Positions 23,375-32,648 of a stretch of DNA of 64,000 nt are shown piece after piece. Each line of letters begins with the position of its first letter. Positions within the stretch are counted from its first letter, which is position 1. The position numbers and the translations under genes were made by a program. The DNA is from Calditrichia bacterium. GTDB lineage: Bacteria; Calditrichota; Calditrichia; JAJRVZ01. The notes under the pieces are model-generated. The model was not told the origin of the DNA. It did not search any database and was given only the letters and a program-made list of their open reading frames with translations. The stretch is from assembly GCA_963777955.1 (NCBI GenBank), contig CAVZSQ010000013.1:224001-288000 (forward strand), read 5' to 3'.

Positions 23375-23432
23375 GACTCATCCACTAGCAGGCACTGAGG
23401 CACTCAGGCACAATATTTTTTATCGTATTTAT

Positions 23433-23726
23433 CTACTGCTGTGCCGGAGGGGATATAACAGAATCTTTCCTCATAGCAGCCAGGTAATTTTTCTGGCAAT
23501 GCTCACTGCAGAAATAAAGAGTTTGCTCATCCTGGGTATACTTAATCATTTCACTCTTCGACATTACCATTCCGCAACCCGGGCAGGTTGCCTGGCTGGT
23601 ATCCGCGACCGTGGATTCGGTTTGTGATTTTCCCTTAGTTTCCATCTCCTGTTTTTTTTCAGCGGAACAGGCCAGTAAAAGCATTAAGGGTATGATCAGT
23701 ATATACATCAGCATGCTGTGATTCAT
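23433..23726 (-). CDS. Small lipoprotein with YHS/TRASH-type metal-binding domain
   Basis: Lipobox LLAC; CPGCGM...YFCSEHC. Confidence 0.8.
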   Translation of the reverse strand: MNHSMLMYILIIPLMLLLACSAEKKQEMETKGKSQTESTVADTSQATCPGCGMVMSKSEMIKYTQDEQTLYFCSEHCQKNYLAAMRKDSVISPPAQQ

Positions 23727-23755
23727 ATTATTGCTCTCCCTGCAAAATGAAATTT

Positions 23756-23784
23756 AATTTACTCCGCTGCTGCTATGTAGTCAA
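23756..23784 (-). promoter_or_regulatory. Putative sigma70 promoter (YHS lipoprotein, possibly also uvrB)
   Basis: TTGACT-17 nt-TAAATT. Confidence 0.5.
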
Positions 23785-23874
23785 TTGCTTTATCGGCATT
23801 ACTGCTTTTTGAATTTGAATTTTAACAATCTGCTGACTAGATTTAAAAAGTACTTGCAATTATAGCACAACAAT

Positions 23875-24603
23875 ATGCTGCCGATAAAATACCTGATCTT
23901 CGATGCCGACGACACTTTATGGGCCAATAACGTTTTTTATGAACGGGCCACCTATCATTTTTTCCAGTTGGCCGGGAAAGCCGGTGTAAGCCTGGATAAA
24001 GTTGAGCAGGATTTTCAGTCGCTTGAACTGCAAACGGTGCAGGAACACGGCTACGGCAGTGATAGTTTTCTGCTGATCATGGAGCGCATATACAAAAAAT
24101 ATGCAGACATTCTGACCACTGCCCGGCAGCAGAAAGAATACCTGTCCATCATTGCCGATTTTAAACAGCGGGCCTGGCGGCGGCCAGCCATTTTCCCCGG
24201 GGTTCTTCCGGTACTGAAACAATTGCGCAAAAGGTTTGAATTGTATATCCTGACCAAAGGTAATATTGAGGAACAGAATCGCAAGTTGCAGAACTCACGT
24301 TTGCTGCCTCTGTTCTGCGGCGCCTTTGTCGAATTAGAAAAGAATCAACATACTTATGAACGAATTTTGCAGCAAAAAGGCTGGCTGGCAGCTGAGGTTT
24401 GCATGATCGGCAACAGTCCGAAATCCGATATCAATCCTGCCCTAAAATGCGGTATGCAGGCGATCTTTATCCCGTACTCTTATACCTGGAAATTCGATAC
24501 AGAACCATTACTGGCAGGACATCCGAAACTGGTGACCGTTAAAAGTTTTGCTGATCTGCAGCAAATTCTTAATCAGAGTGATACCCCGTCTGCAGTATCA
24601 TGA
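23875..24603 (+). CDS. HAD-superfamily hydrolase
   Basis: FDADDTLW motif I, LTKG, MIGNSPKSDINP. Confidence 0.9.
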   Translation: MLPIKYLIFDADDTLWANNVFYERATYHFFQLAGKAGVSLDKVEQDFQSLELQTVQEHGYGSDSFLLIMERIYKKYADILTTARQQKEYLSIIADFKQRAWRRPAIFPGVLPVLKQLRKRFELYILTKGNIEEQNRKLQNSRLLPLFCGAFVELEKNQHTYERILQQKGWLAAEVCMIGNSPKSDINPALKCGMQAIFIPYSYTWKFDTEPLLAGHPKLVTVKSFADLQQILNQSDTPSAVS

Positions 24604-25436
24604 CCTCTGGAATACAACCTGATGCTGCCGTTCGTGGTATGGCAATACAGGCTTCCGGCACCGTCGCCGATTATTCCCGACACATGTTGTCTGGACCAGT
24701 CTCGTTGTTCGCTATAAGAAAAATCGCTGTCGATATGACCATTAGTGGTTTTCAGATTTACTTCCGCACCATAATTCTCCGGCAAACGCAGGGTGATTGA
24801 ACCGTTGGTAGTCGAGAAATTGATTTCTTCATCGGGCGGTACGGATAACAATTCAATATCAAGCGAGCCATTTGTCGTTTTTGAGCGGACCAGACCTTCA
24901 ATTTCCCTGGCAGTAATTTTGCCGTTAGTGGAGTTCAGGCGCAGGCGTCCCTTGATCTGCTGACAATAAATTTTTCCATTGGTTGTTTTAATGTTCAGAT
25001 CTATCGATTTAGGAACTTTCAATTCATACTCTACCGAAAAAGAATTATTATCCCCGTTAAACAACCAATTAAAAAATCCACCGTCCTTTTTCATAGTCTG
25101 TGGAGTAATCGTCTCAATTTTGATCTCCGTTGCCGTTTGAACCACCTCGATTTTCAATTCCTGCATCAATTCTTCAGCTTGTCCGCTGCTTCCGGCCCGT
25201 ACCTTTTTGTATGCTTTGATCTCAACTTCATTTTTATCCCAGGATTGTACCTCCACACCGCCGTTTGAATTATCCAGTTCCAGATAGCCGCCCTGCTGGA
25301 ATGAAATCTGTTTGGTAAAAACTTCTTCTACGGTAGCCGCATTCGACCATGTAGCAGGTAAAAGCAAAAGAGATACAAAGATGGTCAGCGGCAACCACCG
25401 CCAGCGAAGGTCTTTACCGGTATTATTACGCAGCAT
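24573..25436 (-). CDS. Exported DUF4097/adhesin-like beta-strand repeat protein
   Basis: Signal peptide; repeated (K/S)TTNG(K/S/H)I units. Confidence 0.85.
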   Translation of the reverse strand: MLRNNTGKDLRWRWLPLTIFVSLLLLPATWSNAATVEEVFTKQISFQQGGYLELDNSNGGVEVQSWDKNEVEIKAYKKVRAGSSGQAEELMQELKIEVVQTATEIKIETITPQTMKKDGGFFNWLFNGDNNSFSVEYELKVPKSIDLNIKTTNGKIYCQQIKGRLRLNSTNGKITAREIEGLVRSKTTNGSLDIELLSVPPDEEINFSTTNGSITLRLPENYGAEVNLKTTNGHIDSDFSYSEQRDWSRQHVSGIIGDGAGSLYCHTTNGSIRLYSRGHDTADGVSL

Positions 25437-25457
25437 GTAACCTCCTGAAAATAAACA

Positions 25458-27221
25458 TTAAGGTTCTGAAAAAGTATAAATAGTCATCCCCCAGCTGGTT
25501 TTATCACGTGGCGGATCAGAATTCCAATCTCCGTAGGCATGGCTATCATCGGTGCGATAGTGAGCAACATACGTACCGGCATCCAGCAAAATCGTTCCAT
25601 CAAACAGGCGGTTCTTCTCTGCACCACCGGCCCGGCGGGTGTCTTTAAATTTCATTTCCCAGATCGTATCACCGCTTTTAAAATCCTCGATCCAGCCATA
25701 ATCGTACATTTCATCCCAGTCCCCTTCTCCCAAAGCATAGATCCGGACATGGGTGGATTTCTTCAGGGTAAATTGTTTCTTGACATTTTCCGAGTCGCCG
25801 ATGCGCACCATCTGTACTATAATATTCCGGTCTGCCTCGGGATTATATTTTTGAATAAAATTTTCATCGTCTGTTTTTCCGACAGTATATATTTTTATTC
25901 CCCAGTCTTCCGGATTACGCGGGCTGTCGCTGTTCCAATCACGATAGGAATGGGAGTCATCGGTTTGAAAACAGACTTCATAAGATCCGGCATCAAAAGG
26001 AATGACCCGGTCATACAATCTGTTCTTTTCGGCTCCACCTGCTTTTTCGGTATCATTATAATCCATAATCCAGACATTACGGCCGGTTTTGACATTTTCA
26101 ATCCAGCCGTAGTCGGACATCTTTCTCGAACTTCCTTCACCGACAGCATAAATGCGCAGTTTCATCGGCCGCAGCAGGGTAAATCCTTCATTCACCTCTT
26201 CATAGTCTCCCAACCGATCTAATTTTACTACCAGGACTCCTTCTTTCCGCTCATAATTGGCAATGGCATTTTTATCGAAATCCTCATTACTGCCTGAGAT
26301 GGTAATTCCCCAGAAATTGGGATCATAAGGAGGATTGGAATTCCAGTCCTCATAACTATGATTGTCATCGCTTATAAAATGAACCATATAATCGCCGGCG
26401 TCAAGTTGTATCTCTTGTCTGCTTACCCTGTTTTTAATCGCACCTCCGGCATGTTCGGTCTCAGATTCCTCCATCTCCCAAATTTTATTATTCTTATTTT
26501 CATCCTGAATGTAGGCATAATCGTACATCTGACCCTTATAACCCTCGCCAATCGCATATATTTTCAAACGAACCGGACGCAAAACAGAAAAACCCGCCTT
26601 TACATCTTCAGCATTGCCGACCCTGGTCAGACTCAGGATGGCAGAATTTTTAACCGCATTCTGATATTTCAGCACCGCTGATTCTTCAAATATATCATCA
26701 ACCCCTTCAACCTGCACCTTCCATTTATCCATCAGGTCATCCCACCAGGAATCACCATGGAAAATTTTATGCTTAATTTTATCCCAGCCGAGCAGTCCGC
26801 CTTCGTATGAATAATAGGAAGGTTTAATACTGGCGAAGTAAAGTTCATATTCACCCTTGTCCAGTGGAACCTCTCCGTTGAACTTACGGATATATTTATC
26901 CCACCAGTCGCTCCTGGTATTTTCGATGGTCATGCGCCAGGCTAATTCACGGGTGCGGGCATTGATGATCCAGGCATAGGCGAACATATTCTGGGGATCT
27001 ACCTGAAAATTAGGTGTGCGCTTGATTTCCTTGTCTCCGCCTGCCCCAACTGCTGCAATTTTAACAGTTCTGGCCGTGTTCAGGGTAAATCCGTACATTT
27101 TGATACCCTGTTCGCGGATATCGGAAATAGTAATCGTGTTATCCTGTCCATACATAATAGCAGGCAAGACTAACAGACAATTACATAAGACTATAATACC
27201 CGTGGTTATTTGCTTTTTCAT
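25458..27221 (-). CDS. Exported protein made of four tandem related domains, function unknown
   Basis: Start MKKQITT at 27221 after SD AGGGGG; repeats IYA(I/V/L)GEG...M(Y/S)DY...AGGA(I/E)KNR...DD(N/S)H(S/A)Y..WNS..P....WG. Confidence 0.8.
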   Translation of the reverse strand: MKKQITTGIIVLCNCLLVLPAIMYGQDNTITISDIREQGIKMYGFTLNTARTVKIAAVGAGGDKEIKRTPNFQVDPQNMFAYAWIINARTRELAWRMTIENTRSDWWDKYIRKFNGEVPLDKGEYELYFASIKPSYYSYEGGLLGWDKIKHKIFHGDSWWDDLMDKWKVQVEGVDDIFEESAVLKYQNAVKNSAILSLTRVGNAEDVKAGFSVLRPVRLKIYAIGEGYKGQMYDYAYIQDENKNNKIWEMEESETEHAGGAIKNRVSRQEIQLDAGDYMVHFISDDNHSYEDWNSNPPYDPNFWGITISGSNEDFDKNAIANYERKEGVLVVKLDRLGDYEEVNEGFTLLRPMKLRIYAVGEGSSRKMSDYGWIENVKTGRNVWIMDYNDTEKAGGAEKNRLYDRVIPFDAGSYEVCFQTDDSHSYRDWNSDSPRNPEDWGIKIYTVGKTDDENFIQKYNPEADRNIIVQMVRIGDSENVKKQFTLKKSTHVRIYALGEGDWDEMYDYGWIEDFKSGDTIWEMKFKDTRRAGGAEKNRLFDGTILLDAGTYVAHYRTDDSHAYGDWNSDPPRDKTSWGMTIYTFSEP

Positions 27222-27340
27222 AATCCCCCTTCGTCGACCCTGCACGGTTTTACTGCACGCATGAAAAGATCCTCATTTTTCAGGTTATTATTCATTGGCC
27301 GGAAGCTCCATATTTCCATGCATATTTCGCCTTTATTAAA

Positions 27341-27366
27341 TACGATGCTGTATTAAAAATGTTACA
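27341..27366 (-). promoter_or_regulatory. Putative ECF sigma-factor promoter
   Basis: TGTAAC-16 nt-CGTA upstream of the repeat-protein/DUF4097 pair. Confidence 0.5.
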
Positions 27367-27577
27367 AAATTTTCAGAAATTTTCAGCAGGATAATGCCGG
27401 ATCAGCAAGAATAGTTTTATTTTAACTACGTGTTTATATTTATTTCGTTTCATTTTTACTCAATTTATAATATCATAGCAAGAGTATTTTATTTACATTT
27501 ATTCTTTATAGCACCTAAAACATTTTTTCAGCAAATATTAAGTTTTGCTGTAATTACCATTTCCCGGGAGAATAAAA

Positions 27578-29080
27578 ATGTCAGGTCAAATACGCTTTGA
27601 CAACACGGATAAAGATTTTATTAACTGGCTGGGTACTGTTTCAGCCTTCGCTGAATTAGATAAAAAGGAATTAGCGGCGGTAAGCCGGATCCTGAAAAAA
27701 TATGAATATGAACCGAACGAAATCGTCATCAGGGAAGGTGAAACCGGATCATCCGCCTTTATCGTAGCCGCAGGCCATTTCAGTCTGGAGATCAGGGAAC
27801 GGGTGATCAAGACATTCTCAGCGGGTGATTTTTTTGGAGAAATTGCCCTGATCGATGCGCGCCCCAGGATGGGTACCGTGCGGGCACTGACAGCGGGCAG
27901 TATCCTGGTTATGGACAAGAAGGATCTGGAAAATGAAGAACTGCTGGCGGCCAGGATATCTCTGAAACTATACCAGGCCTTTGCCCGGATGGTGACTTCT
28001 TATATGCGCGAAAGCAGCGACCTGTACAATGAAATGGATGTATTGCTTATCCAGGATGGCGGTTGTGCACCCGGTTATAATCCAATTACCGCTTTTCTTA
28101 CCGAGCACCTGGAAAAAGCAGGACGCAAGATCTATATTTCCGCCGAAGGTTTTAAATCTATCGTATCCAACCGCACTCAGGACTATCGCCGCCTGATCCA
28201 CAATCCGGATCTGTACCGCGAGCTGGAGCAGATTCCGGGGGTGATCTTTGCCCCGCCTCTGCGTGAAGCCCGCGGAGCTGATTTCCGGACAGAAAGGTAT
28301 CCCGAATTCAAGGAAGAACAAAACCAGCAAATCGCAGCCAGGAATATTATCGCCCGCCATATAAAAGTCGTTGTCGGAATCGGGGGTAATGGCACTTTTG
28401 CCGGGATCAGGGCCCTGAGTAAAATCCTTCCTGATTCGGTTCAAGTTTTCTTTATCCCGGTTACCATCGACAGCGATATTTTTGGTACGGATTGCATCGG
28501 CGAATATACCGGCGTGGAAGTCGGAGCCGAAAAGATCCGCAGTTACATGGCCGATGCCCGGACCCATAAACGTTATTATTTTATCGAAATGATGGGCGCA
28601 CGCGGTGGTTATCATGCCCTGCATTCCTGCCTGGGTGCCGGGGCACACCTGGCCGTACTCCCCTCTTCCCATCATGATCCGGCAAAAATAATACCCGCCT
28701 TGTTGCGGCGTGATTCAGTGGTGATCGTAATCGCTGAGGGATACAAGCAAAAAGAACGACAGTCTCAGAACTATACAGGTAATGCCGCAGAATTCTTCCG
28801 GGATGAACTGCTGGCGGCTGGTTTTAAACCTTTACGTCGTATTGTATGTGAAGGATATTCCCGTGATATTCGCGGTGCGGCGCCTAACAATCTGGATATC
28901 ATGCTGGCCCAGCGCATGGCGCGCAAATTAACATCGATGGTGCAAACCGGTCAAAGTAAAAAAATGCCGGCTGTTTTATCCGGGCATGAATCGAGTATCG
29001 ATTTTGATGATATCCGCACCGATAATTCGGTGGAATCGGGACTGGCCTCGCTGGCCAACCGGTTAACACCTGATTTATAA
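27578..29080 (+). CDS. Cyclic-nucleotide-binding domain fused to a PfkA-family phosphofructokinase
   Basis: N-term IREGETG..FIV..G...GDFFGEIALIDARPRMGTV; C-term GGCAPGYN, GIGGNGT, PVTIDSD, EMMG, IAEG. Confidence 0.88.
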   Translation: MSGQIRFDNTDKDFINWLGTVSAFAELDKKELAAVSRILKKYEYEPNEIVIREGETGSSAFIVAAGHFSLEIRERVIKTFSAGDFFGEIALIDARPRMGTVRALTAGSILVMDKKDLENEELLAARISLKLYQAFARMVTSYMRESSDLYNEMDVLLIQDGGCAPGYNPITAFLTEHLEKAGRKIYISAEGFKSIVSNRTQDYRRLIHNPDLYRELEQIPGVIFAPPLREARGADFRTERYPEFKEEQNQQIAARNIIARHIKVVVGIGGNGTFAGIRALSKILPDSVQVFFIPVTIDSDIFGTDCIGEYTGVEVGAEKIRSYMADARTHKRYYFIEMMGARGGYHALHSCLGAGAHLAVLPSSHHDPAKIIPALLRRDSVVIVIAEGYKQKERQSQNYTGNAAEFFRDELLAAGFKPLRRIVCEGYSRDIRGAAPNNLDIMLAQRMARKLTSMVQTGQSKKMPAVLSGHESSIDFDDIRTDNSVESGLASLANRLTPDL

Positions 29081-30167
29081 ATATTCTACTCTCATTCCGT
29101 CAGTCTACATTAATGATATAAGCCTTACCGCCAACAGCTTCGATGGCTGCTGCTGCTTTTTGCGGATTTTCCGGTGCATAGGCAAACATACAGCCCCCTC
29201 CACCCGAACCGTTGATCTTGCCACCCAGTGCACCGGCCCGATTTGCTGCGACTAACATGCTTTCAATTTTTGGGGTACTGATTTTTAGATGTTTGTTTAA
29301 GATTTCCTGATGGTATTTAAGCAGCCGGCCGAATTCAGAATGATCAAACTCCCGGGCTTGAAAACATTTCTTTGCTTCCCTGGTAAGATCACGATTTGCA
29401 AAGGCTCCATACAAAACTTCTTTTTGGACCGCAGTTATCAGATTACCGAATCGTTCTACATCCGCAGACGTACAATCAAATAAATTGAAGGTAGATTCGA
29501 CCTGCTTTATTTTCTGCACTGCTTCCGACACACCGAATTTAACCCGGGCCAGGATTTCCTTTGTGTCTTTAGGCTCCAGGGAATCCCCCAGGACAAAACT
29601 ACCCAAGCGGTTCTCCAGCATTTCATAACGAACTTCATCCTTAAAATCAATGTACAAGACACCCCCAATGGCCGTGGCATAATGATCCATCATTCCACCC
29701 GGTTCAGCAAATTCCACTACTTCACCCAGATGACCGAGACGCGCCACGTCGGCCGGGTCTGAAAATTTTATCTTTAATTCCGGAGAATGTTCGATCAGGA
29801 ACCTGGCCCAGGCTATGATCAGTGCTGAAGATGAAGATGTGCCGGAATTGATCGGTATATGCCCCTGTACTTTACAATGATACCCATTGTCCAGTCGCAG
29901 GCCATGGCGCAGAAGAACGTTGATCATACTGCGGAAATAATCCCTTTCCTGCCCATAGGAAATTTCCTGTCCGATTGGCGGCAAAGGAATTATTTCACGG
30001 GAATTAATGTCCGGCAGATCAATGCGTATTCGACGTTCCTTATGCGGCTTTCCGCTGATCGCCAGCCGCAGATTTATAGCTGCCGTGATCACCGGCAATT
30101 TCAAGTAGTCCTGATGCTCCCCGAACAGGCAGATCCGTCCGGGAACAGAAACGCGAACGCCTTTCAT
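29075..30167 (-). CDS. GHMP-family anomeric sugar kinase (galactokinase-like); ORF stop at 29100, probable true end ...DGMRVEYL* at 29075
   Basis: PGRICLFGEHQDY, IPINSGTSSSSA, GGMMDHY, GALGGKINGSGGGG. Confidence 0.85.
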
Positions 30168-30175
30168 TTTCTGTT

Positions 30176-30976
30176 TTAACCTGGGTGAAAGTTTGCAGGG
30201 GATCCAGGAGGATCTCCCGGTTGTTCAGCATTTCTTTTTATCCTCTGCTGCAATTCACGGGTACCTGCAATCAAATCTTCTCTGGTATTGATACCAAAAG
30301 TCAGAAATGGATCATCTACCGGAATTGCTTCCACTCTTTCACCACTACCGGCAAGAATACCGATCACATCGGGTAAATAATATTCATTTTGAGCATTTTT
30401 ATTATTTACCCTGGCCAGCGCGGGAAATAATTTTTTTATATCAAAACAATAATGCGAGGAACTCACCTCTTTTATTCTTCTTTCATCTGCAGTCGCATCT
30501 TTCTCCTCCACGATCCGCAGCACCCGACCGCGGGCATCCCGCACCACTCGGCCATAAGGCGGGGGCGAGTCATAAATGCTGGAAAGAAATACTGCTGCCA
30601 GATCTGACTGCTGCTGGTGCTGGATCAAAGATTGCATGATGCTGCTGGTGATAAACGGACCATCTCCAACCACTACTACCAGACTTCCGGAAAAACCTTT
30701 TAACCATTGTTCGGCAACCATAACGGCATGGGCACTTCCTGACTGCTCCTGCTGTAAAATGTAATCCACCCGTTTACCAAAAATCTTTTCCACCTCCTCA
30801 TGAATATGATTACCGACAACCAAACCGATCCGTTCGATCCACTCGAATTCCAGTGCTGCAACCACATATTCTATCAAGGTTCTGCCCAGAATCTGCAGCA
30901 GAACTTTGCTTTTCTCCGATTTCATCCGTTTACTTTTTCCGGCGGCCAGCACCAGAGCCCGCACTGGTTTAACCAT
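30176..30976 (-). CDS. Stand-alone sugar-1-phosphate nucleotidyltransferase (GlmU N-terminal domain only)
   Basis: LAAGKSKRMKS..SKVL, QQEQSGSAHAV, YGRVVRD, IVEEKDA, NAQNEYYLPDV, GINT; no hexapeptide acetyltransferase domain follows. Confidence 0.88.
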   Translation of the reverse strand: MVKPVRALVLAAGKSKRMKSEKSKVLLQILGRTLIEYVVAALEFEWIERIGLVVGNHIHEEVEKIFGKRVDYILQQEQSGSAHAVMVAEQWLKGFSGSLVVVVGDGPFITSSIMQSLIQHQQQSDLAAVFLSSIYDSPPPYGRVVRDARGRVLRIVEEKDATADERRIKEVSSSHYCFDIKKLFPALARVNNKNAQNEYYLPDVIGILAGSGERVEAIPVDDPFLTFGINTREDLIAGTRELQQRIKRNAEQPGDPPGSPANFHPG

Positions 30977-30988
30977 GCCTATAATCCA

Positions 30989-32632
30989 TCAATTGCTATT
31001 TACTCTCAGATACCCACCTGCAAAATATACGATCATGCCGGTGACTGCTATTAAAGAAGCATAGGGCCACCCACCGCTTGCGGATATCACCCCTCCGATA
31101 AAAAGAATCACCCCGCTCAGATAAATCAACAGACTTAATTTACCAACCCTGCTTTGAGGCACAATATTATAAATATCCCCGCTGTCTATTTCTTCCTGAC
31201 TGCTATGCTTGGCCTGCCAGACATTTTTTATCTTATCCGCTGCTTCAGGTCTGGTCAACAAACTCACCAGTGGAGTGACTACCAGTGCTGCTCCGGCACT
31301 GATAAAGGTAGTAATATTGAAATCATAATTCAGAACGAATTGCCCGATAATTCCGGCTACTGCTCCAGCCAGGTAGCCGATAATAGCACCGCTTGCCGTA
31401 CTGCGCTTCCAGAGTAATCCATAGAAAATACCGACAATGAATAATGGCATATCCATTATACCAATAATCGTCAGGTAGGCTTCCACAGCCCCTTTTTGCG
31501 GTACCCATAAAGCGAATATAATCATTAATATACCGATGATCAGGGTCATAAACCGGGCAATGAACAATATTTCCTTCTTACTTGCTTTACGCTTGATCAG
31601 ACTTTCGTAAATATCATTTGTAAACAAAGTTGCTACACCGTTCAGATTTCCGGAGATGGTAGAAAGTTGGGACGAGATCAAGCCACACAAAACCAGCCCC
31701 AAAACAACCGGCGGCAATAATCTCGATAACAGCAGCGGAATCGCCTGATCGGCATTCTGCAACCCAGGATACAATACCGCAGCAGCCAATCCAGGTAAAT
31801 TCCATAGCAGGGCGAACGGAGTAGTGATAATGCCGGCCAGAACCAATCCCTTGGCCACGGTACGGGTATTTTCGGCAGCAAAGGCGCGTTGCAGCAAACC
31901 CTGATCGACACTGGCCCATTCAATGCCTAATAAAAAGATCGCCAGTATAAATTTCCAGTTATAGGTCCCCGTCTCACGTACCAGAGTAAAACTCATCGCC
32001 GGAAGTTTCTCGATTAATCCCGGCATCCAGCCGACAGCTGACATGGCCAGCGGCAGCACAATCAGGGCACCACCTAACATAAATATAAATTGCATTACAT
32101 CGGTAAACGCTACCGACCACATTCCGCCTAACATGGTATATATGACGGCTACAAAAGCAAATACAACCAGCCAGAGGGTATAGGAGGAGATACCGGTGAT
32201 GGCCTGGGCGGCAATGACGGCTGTATAGAGAACCACCCCCAGCCAGAAAGACAACCGGAACACCCACAGTATGCCCACCAGGGTCCGTACTGCTTTATTA
32301 TAGCGCAATTCTAAAAATTCCGGAATAGTTCGGACGCGTAACCGCCGCATGATCGGAATGATAAATAATCCGGAAAATACCAGTGCCATATTGCCGGTCC
32401 AGGTTTGCCATAAAATGGAAATGCCATGCTTATAGGCAATTCCGGCCTGGCCGACGAAACTGTAAAGATTGACATTCGTTGCCGTGATTACGGCAGCCAG
32501 TATAAATGGGGTCAGTTTCCTGCCGGCTACATAAAAGTCATCCGGATCACCCACCCATTTATAAAAAAAGGATCCGACCATGAAAGTCAGGATCATAAAA
32601 ATTACCACGATAATGATATCAACTAGTGCCAC
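30989..32632 (-). CDS. Sodium:solute symporter (SSS family)
   Basis: DFYVAGRKL, TIPEFLELRY, YTMLGGMWSVAFTDVMQ, DQGLLQR; GTG start after SD GAGGG. Confidence 0.93.
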   Translation of the reverse strand: MALVDIIIVVIFMILTFMVGSFFYKWVGDPDDFYVAGRKLTPFILAAVITATNVNLYSFVGQAGIAYKHGISILWQTWTGNMALVFSGLFIIPIMRRLRVRTIPEFLELRYNKAVRTLVGILWVFRLSFWLGVVLYTAVIAAQAITGISSYTLWLVVFAFVAVIYTMLGGMWSVAFTDVMQFIFMLGGALIVLPLAMSAVGWMPGLIEKLPAMSFTLVRETGTYNWKFILAIFLLGIEWASVDQGLLQRAFAAENTRTVAKGLVLAGIITTPFALLWNLPGLAAAVLYPGLQNADQAIPLLLSRLLPPVVLGLVLCGLISSQLSTISGNLNGVATLFTNDIYESLIKRKASKKEILFIARFMTLIIGILMIIFALWVPQKGAVEAYLTIIGIMDMPLFIVGIFYGLLWKRSTASGAIIGYLAGAVAGIIGQFVLNYDFNITTFISAGAALVVTPLVSLLTRPEAADKIKNVWQAKHSSQEEIDSGDIYNIVPQSRVGKLSLLIYLSGVILFIGGVISASGGWPYASLIAVTGMIVYFAGGYLRVNSN

Positions 32633-32648
32633 GATGAGTGCCCTCTGC

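Noticed and set aside
27220..27330. Tiny upstream ORFs (MRAVKPCRVDEGGL*, MHGNMELPANE*) before the repeat protein
   Set aside because: Too short, and no conservation evidence is available
30040..30240. Fusion of the nucleotidyltransferase and GHMP kinase into one Fkp-like bifunctional enzyme
   Set aside because: An alternate frame (MLNNREILLDP...) looks GlmU-like, but joining through it needs two separate shifts; not supportable without reads
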